The notes: generated from the sequence alone by a model not told the origin. Numbered from the stretch's first letter, positions 1 through 8,736 are shown. The stretch: 16,241 nucleotides of DNA from Methanobacterium sp. (GCA_003166335.1 PMWA01000076.1:1-16241); one strand, 5' to 3'. Translations and numbers: made by a program.

Positions 1-189
1 ATCTTTTTGTTGATCTCCACCCATTTTCTCATTCAAGAGATTATTATAACGGGCTAAATCTAATTCAACCGCCACAAGATTGGGTTCAATTTCCAGTATA
101 GCTGCTTTAACTTCTTCTACGCTCTTGTCAGAAACATGTGCAGTGCCAATTATTCTAAGTGATCCTGTTATTTGTAATTCTTGTTCCAT
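1..189 (-). CDS. TraB/PrgY-domain protein, 5' part (runs off window start)
   Basis: Manual translation from ATG at 189: [48 protein letters not shown]..., open to position 1. The IIGTAHVS and VAVELD..R motifs are typical of the TraB family. Starts a few nt after the comB stop. Confidence 0.85.
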   Translation of the reverse strand, partial: MEQELQITGSLRIIGTAHVSDKSVEEVKAAILEIEPNLVAVELDLARYNNLLNEKMGGDQQKD

Positions 190-195
190 ATGAAA

Positions 196-873
196 TCATT
201 TCAAACTTTTTATAACACCATTCTTATAAAAGGGTATTGTATCAAAAATATTTCTTTGAAGCGAAAATTCAATATCTTCTTCAAGTCCTAATCCCCGTAA
301 CCTAGCTGCAGATTCCGAACCTCTAACAGCATCATCCACCATATCCTTATCAAAAGAAGCCATCAATGCAGCCAACGCTATTTCATCCATGTCCTGATCT
401 TCTAGGTGAATTATATACGATAATATTTCACCAGCACTTAAAAAATCTTCTATAACGAATCTTCCATTTACACCTGCCATAACCAATTCTATGTGTTGAT
501 CTGCAAGTTCAACGGCTTTAATAGCAACGGCTTCAGCATTTGTAAATGATCCAATAAGAACTTTTGCCCTCATACCTTCCAGTACTCTTGTGCCATTAGT
601 AGTGGTGAGTACCAGAACTTCTCCACTGAATTTTTTTATATCCACTGGAGAATTACCTACATCAAAACCTTCTATTTTGGCACCTTCTCTCTCACCGGCA
701 AGTGTAGCATCCAGTTCTCCCGCCAGATGCACTGCATTTTCAATACTATTCGCAGGGATGATAGTATTGAATCTTTGAAGAGCTGAAGTTATAGTAGTGC
801 TTGCTCTCAGAGCATCTATCATTATAGTCAGATCATTAGAACATGATCTCTCTAAACTAAGGGAAACTTTCAT
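196..873 (-). CDS. comB: 2-phosphosulfolactate phosphatase (coenzyme M biosynthesis)
   Basis: 225 aa with IDALRASTTI, LAGEREG..IEGFDVGNSP, LTTTNGT and EDFLSAG motifs of the ComB family; GGTG SD upstream. Confidence 0.93.
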   Translation of the reverse strand: MKVSLSLERSCSNDLTIMIDALRASTTITSALQRFNTIIPANSIENAVHLAGELDATLAGEREGAKIEGFDVGNSPVDIKKFSGEVLVLTTTNGTRVLEGMRAKVLIGSFTNAEAVAIKAVELADQHIELVMAGVNGRFVIEDFLSAGEILSYIIHLEDQDMDEIALAALMASFDKDMVDDAVRGSESAARLRGLGLEEDIEFSLQRNIFDTIPFYKNGVIKSLK

Positions 874-995
874 TAAAAAAACACCAGAAAATTAAAAATA
901 ATTAAATAATAAGTATTTGTAAATAAAAAAAATCAAAAAATTCTTATTAATTTCGTTAGATTTTTAATCTTAAAATTTGTATGAAAAATTTACTT

Positions 996-1211
996 TTATA
1001 CTTTTTCAGCAAAAGCAAACCGTCTTCTTACAGAGGTTATTTTAACCTTTACCTCATCACCTACTTTTGTATCAGGCACAAAAACGACAAAACCTTCTAT
1101 ACGGGTTATTCCATCGCCTTCTTTACCTACATCTTCAATTTTAACTTCGTATTCTTCTCCTTCTTGAATGGGAGCTGTTTTTGGACCTTCATCTGTTCTA
1201 AACAATTTCAT
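996..1211 (-). CDS. Single TRAM-domain protein (archaeal RNA-binding, cold-shock-like)
   Basis: 71 aa: [40 protein letters not shown]...RRRFAFAE matches the stand-alone TRAM pattern. Confidence 0.92.
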   Translation of the reverse strand: MKLFRTDEGPKTAPIQEGEEYEVKIEDVGKEGDGITRIEGFVVFVPDTKVGDEVKVKITSVRRRFAFAEKV

Positions 1212-1346
1212 TCACATCCTTAGACCAACATAAAACGGTCTTAGTAATATTTTTTTTGTTTAATTAATTATATAAATTCTTTGGTAGATCCATTTTTTGT
1301 AAAAATGCTAAATATTAAAATGTATATAATAATATGTGATCAATTG

Positions 1347-1946
1347 ATGAAGAATAAACTAGATCAATCTAACATTTTAATTGTAACAACACCCATGTGT
1401 CAAGAAATTCTACGTTTAGTAGGAATATCCGATTTTAGAGTAACAAAAAATCAGGATTATACCAACGCAGATTTCGCAGTTGTTCTATCCGAAACCAAAA
1501 ACATTGAAAATTCTAACACTCAATTCATCAAGCTGAAGTTAAATACATTCTCCCAAATAGAACAAAGCATCAAAAATATTGCAAAAGTCCTGAATACAGA
1601 AAAAAGAAGCTTAATATTAAATAAAAAGCTAAAATATTATTATTTGAATTCATCATACTCTCAAAGCAAAAGAAATGAAAATCGAAAAATAAAAGTTAAA
1701 GTATATTCAAATTTTCTAAAAGAAATTGTTGAAGACATGGGTTACTTCATAATAACAGATGATAACTATGATTACCTAGTTTATCCCGATTATCTGAAAA
1801 ATGAAATAAAGAAAGAGATTAATTTTGCTGGTGAAAAAGCTATAGAATTACCTTCACACAAGAATGCACCATCAAACCCAATTAAAAGAGCTAAAATACG
1901 ATATCAAATTCTGGAGAAAAACTTATGTATGAAACTACAAACATGA
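1347..1946 (+). CDS. Conserved hypothetical protein (Methanobacteriales type, IVTTPMC N-terminus)
   Basis: Long ORF in the track (1281..1946). ATG at 1347 is in frame and preceded by GTGAT. The IVTTPMC..I and YLVYPDYL / LPSH motifs resemble a methanogen hypothetical family; function not assignable. Confidence 0.65.
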   Translation: MKNKLDQSNILIVTTPMCQEILRLVGISDFRVTKNQDYTNADFAVVLSETKNIENSNTQFIKLKLNTFSQIEQSIKNIAKVLNTEKRSLILNKKLKYYYLNSSYSQSKRNENRKIKVKVYSNFLKEIVEDMGYFIITDDNYDYLVYPDYLKNEIKKEINFAGEKAIELPSHKNAPSNPIKRAKIRYQILEKNLCMKLQT

Positions 1947-2121
1947 CTCTTTCCTGTTCTTGTTACGTTTTAGTAAATAAAGTAGCTCTAACATCCACCT
2001 TTTAAAACCAAAGATAAAAAAAAATAACCATGACATTTATAGAGGTAATCCCTAATTTTTTTTATAATCTGGATTTATTTAAAATCTATTAAAAAAACAA
2101 TTTTGTCTTTAATTTGTAAAA

Positions 2122-2811
2122 TTATGCCATATTTTCTAAAGCATTTACTATGCATCCAATATTTTCACCATTCAAGCCTACTATTACTTCGTCAGGTTTT
2201 ATATCCGCAAATTTCCGGGATCCACTGCATCCGAGTGTAATATTAGGTCTTTTTCGTGTGAAGGGACCAGCCACAGCATCAGCACATATTGATTGGATAC
2301 TTGAAAAATCAACCTCAACTCTACCACCTAAAGTGTAAACCATGGCTTGTGCCAGCTTCATGGCCTGTGCAGGATTGCATATTACCACAATTACATCTGG
2401 ATGAAAATTAGCCTTTTCTAATGGAGCATAAATTAAAGCATACATCATAGGTTCAATCTTAGGTATATCTTCCATGGTTCGTTTTGCAGAACCTAAACTT
2501 GAAAATCTTCCTAAACTTTGATACATTTCACCAGTTTTCACTTTCTCAGGAGCTTCCATAAGTCCAAGAGCTGCTGCTCCACCTTTACAAGTCTGCTCTT
2601 CACCAGTTGCATAGAATATTTCACCTTGAGCTGCTTTTTGCACCATTTCACAATGTCTAATACCTTCACTTATCTTATTAATTCCTTTAGGAATATCCTC
2701 CTCTCTTAAAACAAATTTTATAGCAACGAGAGATTTATTTAAACCTAACTTATCCTTAATCTTTTGAGAAACAACGTCATATCCACTCACATCACAAGTA
2801 CATTCTGCCAT
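2122..2811 (-). CDS. DUF169 family protein
   Basis: 229 aa with HCEMV, CKGGAAALG, YAPLE, PDVIVVICNPAQAMKL, SICAD and LGCSGSR motifs; GGTGA SD upstream. Confidence 0.85.
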   Translation of the reverse strand: MAECTCDVSGYDVVSQKIKDKLGLNKSLVAIKFVLREEDIPKGINKISEGIRHCEMVQKAAQGEIFYATGEEQTCKGGAAALGLMEAPEKVKTGEMYQSLGRFSSLGSAKRTMEDIPKIEPMMYALIYAPLEKANFHPDVIVVICNPAQAMKLAQAMVYTLGGRVEVDFSSIQSICADAVAGPFTRKRPNITLGCSGSRKFADIKPDEVIVGLNGENIGCIVNALENMA

Positions 2812-2984
2812 GCTTTATCACCATTTTTTTACATATATTCCTTAAATTATTTAACTATTAATTTGATAGAATTCATTCTTAAAAAAAGTTCATTTAAAAT
2901 CAGAATAGGATAAATAATTATTTAACGCATTTTTTTTACAATTGGAGTGAAAAAAAATTAAATTAATTAAGGATTAATAAATTG

Positions 2985-3654
2985 TTATTTTCCTAAAATA
3001 TCTTTAGAAAACTTTTCATATCCAATTTTCTCTATAAATGCAGGCATACGTTTTTCGGTGCCTTGATCTTTGTAATAATTAATTATTTTATTTATCATAT
3101 TGATCACATCATCATCCGAAAGATTTTTCGCTAATAATCTACCAATCCTAGGTTTTATTCCACATGTCCCACCAACCAGTAGTTTCCAACCTTTAACAGT
3201 CCCAATAAGTCCGATATCTCGAACAGATGATTCAGCACATGAATTCGGACATCCAGAAACAGCTATCTTTAATTTACCAAGTGTTGAGATTCCACAATAA
3301 CGTTCATCAATCCTCAAGCTCATTTCAACACTATTTCGCAGCCTATTCTTACAGTATATGTTACCTATGCAACTTTTAGCAGGTCTTACACATTTACCAG
3401 TGTGTCCTCCTGGTTTCAAACCTAAATCATCCCATATATTATCTAAATCCTCTTCATAACACCATAGAGAGCTATCCTTCCCTCAGATGTAGTTTTAATA
3501 GTTTTAATATTATATTTTTCAGCTAAATCACCTATTCTCCGCAAAGTAGTAGAATCAACTATACTACCGGGAAAATAAGGAACTATAGCATAAGTTTCCA
3601 TATCTCTCTGAACTGGAGCACCTTTTTCAGGTTATTTTGCTTCTTTGCTTTCAT
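2985..3654 (-). pseudogene. Small nitrite/sulfite-reductase-like protein (ferredoxin half-domain + 4Fe-4S domain), two frameshifts
   Basis: GGTGAG SD, then ATG at 3654: MKAKKQN / shift ~3632 / PEKGAPVQRDMETYAIVPYFPGSIVDSTTLRRIGDLAEKYNIKTIKTTSEGRIALYGV / shift ~3457 / EEDLDNIWDDLGLKPGGHTGKCVRPAKSCIGNIYC...KIAVSGCPNSC... The Cx5C and GCxxxC cluster motifs are intact. Confidence 0.85.
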
Positions 3655-3859
3655 TAAATTCTCACCATCCCCAAAAAAAATAACAATTAAAACATAAATT
3701 TTAATTTTTTTATTAAATTACAGATTTTATAAAATAATTTATAAATTTCTTCTTTTTTAGATGGTTATTACTAAACCTTGGAGTTCGACTTTAATAGTGA
3801 ATTTTTATAAATAATTATATAATACTTCTACTATATGCTCATTTTAATAGTCTCTTTTT

Positions 3860-4184
3860 TTGCCATAATTGTTAGGAAGCCTTGACTGGTAACATACCAG
3901 CCTTATATGTTTCATTCATTTTTCATTTATTTTCTTTAATGAATAGTTATTGTATGCTATGTCTTTAGGGATTTTCCACTTTGAAATATAGATTTTAGAC
4001 CCATACACCGCTTGAGAATATCCGCCATCTGTTTATATGGATCTCGAGAAAAAACTTTTGAAGAAACATTTACTCTTAAAAACTCTCTCACGATAGGGTT
4101 CACCACCATAGCGTATTTTTTGACAGATTTAGCTGCATATACCGGATAATCTCGATAAATTCTTGGAGTATACTCGGTTCCTAC
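3860..4184 (-). other. Unidentified degraded coding-like relic
   Basis: More GC-rich and complex than local intergenic DNA, with a long open stretch on the minus strand; ends abruptly at the frhG fragment. No family recognised. Confidence 0.25.
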
Positions 4185-4304
4185 ATGACTATTAGAAGAC
4201 CAGAACTCAACGAAAACAGATGCGTGAAATGCGGAGTATGCTACATCCAGTGCCCAAGAATCTGGTGGCCAGCAGATCAAGTAAACAAGGATTTAGGATT
4301 ATAG
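4185..4304 (+). pseudogene. frhG: 3' fragment of F420-reducing hydrogenase gamma subunit
   Basis: [39 protein letters not shown] matches the FrhG C-terminus (RPELN..RC.KCG.CY.QCPR.WWP....K.LGL). Directly upstream of frhB, as in frhADGB. Confidence 0.88.
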
Positions 4305-4317
4305 GAGGTTGTAAAAA

Positions 4318-5196
4318 ATGGTATTAGGAACATACAAACAAATCACTATGAGAAGATCAACCGACAAACAGATCCAAAAAATTTCACAGGACGGTGGAAT
4401 AGCATCTGCACTTTTAGCTTCGCTCTCGATGAGAAAATCATAGACGGTGCAGTAGCCGGACCCCTGATGAAATGTGGAAACCAGAGCCAACCGTAGTATT
4501 ATCATCCGATGATATCCTAGCTGCAGCAGGTACTAAATACACACTATCCCCAAATAACATGATGCTTAAACAAGCAGTTAGACAGTATGGATTAGATAAA
4601 GTAGGTATAGTAACCATCCCCTGCCAGACTATGGATTAAGAAAAATGCAGTCTTACCCATTTGGTGTAAGATTCATGGCGGATAAGATCGCTCTTGATAT
4701 TGGAATGTTCTGCACTAGAAAACTTCCCATTCGAATCACTGTGAACATTTATTTCAGCAAAAGCTGGAGTAAATTTCGATTTAGTGGAGAAAATGGACAT
4801 TGGTAAAGGAAAATTCTGGGTGCACATCAGGATGACTTGATAAGCTTCCCAATCAAAGAAACACACGGATACGAGCAAAATGGATGTAAGATTTGCCTTG
4901 ACCTGGTTTCAGAAATGTCAGACGTATCAACAGGATCAATAGGTGCGCCTGATAACTGGTCATCAGTTCTAGTGAGAACCGATTCTGGTGATACTATATT
5001 CAAACAAGCAACTGATGCCGGTGCTATTGAACTTAAACCAATGGATGAAGGTAAATTCGGTCTCGAAATGCACACCAAACTAGCTAAATCCAAAAAAGAG
5101 AAAGCAATGAAGGTCATCGATGAGCGAAAAGCCATGGGACAACCAGTTCCATACAAATCAAGCAGCGAGAAAGAAGACCCATTAACCAACGTGTAA
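4318..5196 (+). pseudogene. frhB: F420-reducing hydrogenase beta subunit, multiply disrupted
   Basis: GGAGG SD and ATG at 4318. Stitched frames give MVLGTYK...[27 protein letters not shown]...[12 protein letters not shown]...[32 protein letters not shown]...[13 protein letters not shown]...[15 protein letters not shown]...[14 protein letters not shown]...DVSTGSIG. Frameshifts near 4420, 4464, 4633, 4717 and 4826; in-frame TGA at 4742-4744. Confidence 0.93.
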
Positions 5197-5225
5197 AAGG
5201 ATAAATAATTCCTAATCCTTTTTTT
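5195..5225 (+). terminator. Putative terminator after frhB
   Basis: AAAAGGAT (5195-5202) and ATCCTTTT (5215-5222) form an inverted repeat running into a T7 tract right after the stop codon. Confidence 0.5.
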
Positions 5226-5283
5226 AAGGGAAGTGTAATTAGTGTAAAAATCTACAGATGTTTACAAGAAAAGCTGTATATGT

Positions 5284-5565
5284 TTATTTAATTTGTTGAT
5301 TTCTATTTTGTAAAGCATTTTTTTGGCAATCGAAACATATTTTTTTGTCACTGTTTGTTTTGAAATTCTTTCCACAGTTCTCGCAGATGACTTGTTTAAT
5401 TAATGATTCCTTTTTTATTTGAAACTTAGCCATCTTAACAGAACAATTATAATTATTAGATTGGATTGTTGATTTTGCATTCCTGTTTAAAGCTTCTTCT
5501 GCATATTTCCTGTTTAAAGCTTCTTTTTCATCTTCTTTCTGGTCTTTTTTCATCATTATAGCCAT
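5284..5565 (-). CDS. Small hypothetical protein with C-terminal Zn ribbon
   Basis: 93 aa with CENC-x12-CFDC and an internal EALNR duplication; the start could be a nearby downstream Met. Confidence 0.7.
   Translation of the reverse strand: MAIMMKKDQKEDEKEALNRKYAEEALNRNAKSTIQSNNYNCSVKMAKFQIKKESLIKQVICENCGKNFKTNSDKKICFDCQKNALQNRNQQIK
5480..5525. repeat. 19-bp perfect direct repeat inside the Zn-ribbon gene
   Basis: TTCCTGTTTAAAGCTTCTT at 5480-5498 and 5507-5525; 27-nt offset, so in frame. Confidence 0.85.
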
Positions 5566-5600
5566 CCAAAAAATAACTATAATTTTTCATCAATTAGTTT

Positions 5601-5639
5601 TTTTGAAATTATTTCCACAGTTCTCAGGGTGACTTGTTT
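5601..5639. repeat. Degenerate ~40-bp copy of 5358-5397
   Basis: TTTTGAAATTATTTCCACAGTTCTCAGGGTGACTTGTTT versus TTTTGAAATTCTTTCCACAGTTCTCGCAGATGACTTGTTT: 24 of the first 25 nt and the last 10 nt are identical. Confidence 0.8.
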
Positions 5640-5669
5640 TTTGATTATAGTTCAATTTGATTTAAATCA

Positions 5670-6047
5670 TCAAATGTGGTGTGCCGGAAGTTTACATTTT
5701 TCAGGATAACATTTTTCATTTCCACAGTTTTCTCTTGTTGCAGCCCACTGGATAAGGGGGATTATAGCTTTTCTAAGTTCTTTTCCATCTTCTTTTAATG
5801 AGTATTCAACGCGTGGAGGTATTTCTTTAAATATCTCCTTACTTATCAGGCCTTCAGCTTCAAGAACTTTTAGTGTATCAGACAGGGTCTTGGGGCTGAT
5901 GCCTTCGAGTTCTTTCATTAACTCATTAAATCTTATCTTCTCATAGTTTCCAATACTATTTATTATAAGAAGCGTCCATTTCTTGCTTACAACATTTATT
6001 ATCCCTTGTAACGGACAAAGACACAATTGCTGGCATTTTTTAGCCAT
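5670..6047 (-). CDS. HxlR-family winged-helix transcriptional regulator with Cys-rich termini
   Basis: CPLQGIINVVSKKWTLLII, RFNELMKELEGISPKTLSDTLKVLE, EIPPRVEYSL..GKEL...I.PL.QWA. Confidence 0.92.
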   Translation of the reverse strand: MAKKCQQLCLCPLQGIINVVSKKWTLLIINSIGNYEKIRFNELMKELEGISPKTLSDTLKVLEAEGLISKEIFKEIPPRVEYSLKEDGKELRKAIIPLIQWAATRENCGNEKCYPEKCKLPAHHI

Positions 6048-6053
6048 TTATCT

Positions 6054-6149
6054 TTCACTTCCCTTTACCATAGCTACTATGTTAGTATAAACTTTGTACT
6101 TTAAATACTTCATTTATTATAGTAAATATAAAAATAGAAGGGAAGTGAA
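6054..6149. promoter_or_regulatory. Divergent promoter region bounded by a 12-bp perfect inverted repeat; candidate HxlR operator inside
   Basis: TTCACTTCCCTT (6054-6065) and AAGGGAAGTGAA (6138-6149), each in the SD position of its gene. Internal dyads TACTA-tgt-TAGTA (6075-6087) and TTTATTATAGTAAA (6113-6126). Confidence 0.5.
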
Positions 6150-6155
6150 TAAATT

Positions 6156-6323
6156 ATGTGTAAAGACAGTTGTTCAATAGAACCTACCTCTTGCTGTTGC
6201 CATTCTCATTTCAGAAAGTTTTTGACTAAAGAAGAACAAATAAAACAATTAGAAGAATATGCAGATGAATTACAAAATGAATTAAAAGCCGTAAATGAAC
6301 ACATCAACGAATTAAAAAAGTAA
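6156..6323 (+). CDS. 55-aa Cys/His-rich coiled-coil protein, DUF5320-like (not in ORF track)
   Basis: MCKDSCSIEPTSCCCHSHFRKFLTKEEQIKQLEEYADELQNELKAVNEHINELKK*; SD-like GGAAGTGA upstream; clear heptad pattern in the C-terminal part. Confidence 0.85.
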   Translation: MCKDSCSIEPTSCCCHSHFRKFLTKEEQIKQLEEYADELQNELKAVNEHINELKK

Positions 6324-6424
6324 ATGGATACATTCCAAAAAAAGTTGAACTCATCAAAATATGATTGGGAATTTTTCTTTTCAATTTTTTTTATAAGACT
6401 ATATTAAAATGGGACGGATGTTTT

Positions 6425-7348
6425 ATGGAAAATGTGGTTGAAGTTCAAAATTTGACAAAAATTTATGATAGTCTGGTGGCAGTTGATCATATAAATTTTA
6501 ATGTAGAAAAAGGAGAAATATTCGGGTTTTTAGGTCCTAACGGGGCAGGTAAAACAACCACTACAAGAATGTTAACTGGAATAATTAGACCAAACGAAGG
6601 AAACGCGAAAATCTTGGGCTATGACATCCAAAAAGAACCGTTGAAAGCAAAACAGAATATAGGAGTTGTGCCTGAAACATCTAATGCTTATGTTGATTTA
6701 TCCGCTTGGCAAAATATGATGCTCATGGCTGAACTCTACGGAATCCCCAAAAAAGAAGCAGTAAAAAGAGCAGAAAAATTTTTAGAAAGATTAGGCCTTT
6801 ATGAACGACAAAATAGTAAAGTTAAAGGGTTTTCCAAGGGTATGAAACAAAGACTGATTCTGTGCATGGCTTTAATAAATGATCCGATTCTTATTTTCTT
6901 GGATGAACCTACTTCAGGTTTGGATGTCCAGAGCAGCCGCGTGATAAGGGATATACTGCTTGAATTTCCTAAAGAGGGGAAAACAATTTTCTTAACCACC
7001 CATAACATGGATGAAGCCAACCATCTCTGTGACCGCGTGGCTATAATTAATCATGGCAAAATCGCAGCCATAGATCGTCCTGCAACACTCAAAAACATGA
7101 TCAAAAGACTAAATTCTGTTGAAATAAGCTTCGACAGCATCATTAAAACTGAAACGTTATCTGAAATTCCTTATATTCGGAACATAACGAAAGAAGGAGA
7201 TAAATTCATCATATCCACAGAAGATGTTGATAATTTAATTCATTCTTTAGCAGATTTTGCTGAATCCAGAAAATTAAAGATAATTAATCTGAATACCATG
7301 GCACCATCCTTGGAAGAGGTTTTCATCAAACTAACCAGAGAAACATAA
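6425..7348 (+). CDS. ABC-2 type exporter ATP-binding subunit (DrrA/CcmA-like)
   Basis: Walker A GPNGAGKTT, signature FSKGMKQR, Walker B IFLDEPTSGLD, TTHNMDEA, C-terminal PSLEEVF. ATG at 6425 preferred to the track's TTG at 6365. Confidence 0.93.
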   Translation: MENVVEVQNLTKIYDSLVAVDHINFNVEKGEIFGFLGPNGAGKTTTTRMLTGIIRPNEGNAKILGYDIQKEPLKAKQNIGVVPETSNAYVDLSAWQNMMLMAELYGIPKKEAVKRAEKFLERLGLYERQNSKVKGFSKGMKQRLILCMALINDPILIFLDEPTSGLDVQSSRVIRDILLEFPKEGKTIFLTTHNMDEANHLCDRVAIINHGKIAAIDRPATLKNMIKRLNSVEISFDSIIKTETLSEIPYIRNITKEGDKFIISTEDVDNLIHSLADFAESRKLKIINLNTMAPSLEEVFIKLTRET

Positions 7349-7350
7349 TT

Positions 7351-8103
7351 ATGTATACTCAATTCTTAGATCAATTGAAACGTTCTCTTGGTGTTACGAA
7401 AAAGGATATTCGCATCTATTACTTTAAGGGACCGGTTATCAGCTTTGGATTATTGATGCCCTTGTTTTTATTCCTGGCTTTTTTAATTGGCAGCAGAAAT
7501 TTATCGACAGACTTTCTAATATCTGGTCTAATAGGAATGACGTTATTTTTCACAGCTACAGCTGTTTCTCCCATTATTGCACCTTGGGAAGCTCAGCTTC
7601 AGACGCTAGAAAGGTTAATATCAGCTCCAATATCTGTAGCAACTCTCATTTTTGGAGACATGCTCGCATCTCTCATATTTGGGATAGGAATCTCCTTAGT
7701 ACCATTAATCATAGGCCTATTTATAGGTATAAATGTAATCTATCCAATAATACTTATATCAGGGATAATTTTGGCGGGTGTTTGTTTTTCTTCCTTGGGC
7801 TTGTTGTTATCCACACCACCCACTAATGCCCCTTCTAATATCATGATGATATCATCTCTTGTGAGATTTCCTGTAGTCTTCATAAGTGGTATATTTATCC
7901 CTTTGGGTAATATGTCTTTTTGGGGCAAAATCGTTGCTTCATTATCTCCTTTAACCTATTTCGCGGATTTAACAAGATACTGCATCGGCGGGACTTCCTA
8001 TTACTCGATTTTATTCGATTTCATGGCTTTGATAACATTTACAGTACTATTCTTTGTTCTGGCAGTAAAATTACATCAAAGAACCATTTACAAAAGACTA
8101 TAA
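7351..8103 (+). CDS. ABC-2 type exporter permease
   Basis: About 6 hydrophobic segments, TLERLISAPIS, FISGIFIP, SPLTY; begins 2 nt after the ATPase stop. Confidence 0.92.
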   Translation: MYTQFLDQLKRSLGVTKKDIRIYYFKGPVISFGLLMPLFLFLAFLIGSRNLSTDFLISGLIGMTLFFTATAVSPIIAPWEAQLQTLERLISAPISVATLIFGDMLASLIFGIGISLVPLIIGLFIGINVIYPIILISGIILAGVCFSSLGLLLSTPPTNAPSNIMMISSLVRFPVVFISGIFIPLGNMSFWGKIVASLSPLTYFADLTRYCIGGTSYYSILFDFMALITFTVLFFVLAVKLHQRTIYKRL

Positions 8104-8451
8104 AAGGACTATCTCTGATTATTAGATTAATTCAAATTTAAAACTATCAAAATCCGATTATATTTGTTAGTTCTTTTTGGATTTTAATGAATAATTCATA
8201 TTTAGCTATGATTACTATCCCAACAATTTTTATAAAAGATTCCAAATAACTGTGAATGTCATTTATTTTTAAAATAGTTAGTTCATGCGTCAATGGATAA
8301 AAATCCTAATAATTATTTATTTTTACTTGCAAACTTATTTTTTAAGCTAATTAGGAAAAATTATAATGATTAAAAATGGTAACTATTTGAAAGATTTTGA
8401 ATCCTTAAAATTAAGAACTAATTATTAAAAAAAAATAATTATGTAATTTTT

Positions 8452-8736
8452 TTATAGTGTTTTGGCTATTTCGCTGAAGGGTTTGACTTCTCTGACTTCT
8501 ACTTTCATGGGTCCGAAGAATTTTATTATGGTTTCTTCATCTGGAGCTTCTATTATGAAATATCCTTTATGATATGCGCCTTCATCATTCGGACAACTCA
8601 TATATGCTCCGACAAGTTCTATACCTGCACTGCTAATATGTTCTTGTGAAAAAAGTTCTTTTATCATATCTTTTCCACCCGACGTATTCATGGGACATTC
8701 AGGGGCGGGATGGGTGTGCTCTGCTACAAATAACAT
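8452..8736 (-). CDS. Small hypothetical protein, possible metal-binding alpha/beta protein (DUF3303/GYD-like)
   Basis: 94 aa, HTH..ECP, SCP, H.GYFIIEA.D; AGGTGA SD; divergent from the DUF134 gene. The family call is tentative. Confidence 0.7.
   Translation of the reverse strand: MLFVAEHTHPAPECPMNTSGGKDMIKELFSQEHISSAGIELVGAYMSCPNDEGAYHKGYFIIEAPDEETIIKFFGPMKVEVREVKPFSEIAKTL

Noticed and set aside
1947..2040. Minus-strand MSWLFF... resembling an SMR/DMT N-terminus
   Set aside because: Stops after 15 codons; similarity too weak.
4742..4744. In-frame TGA in frhB as selenocysteine, or frameshifts as programmed recoding
   Set aside because: The position corresponds to a non-Cys residue (SL-x-TF), and about five unrelated indels surround it; simple decay explains it.
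3957..5189. Minus-strand track ORFs 3957..4280, 4299..4505, 4636..4878 and 4827..5189 as genes
   Set aside because: They are wholly or partly antisense shadows of the frhG/frhB remnants.
2985..5196. Sir-like gene plus frhB as a split F420-dependent sulfite reductase (Fsr)
   Set aside because: They are on opposite strands, and frhB is a canonical hydrogenase subunit preceded by frhG.
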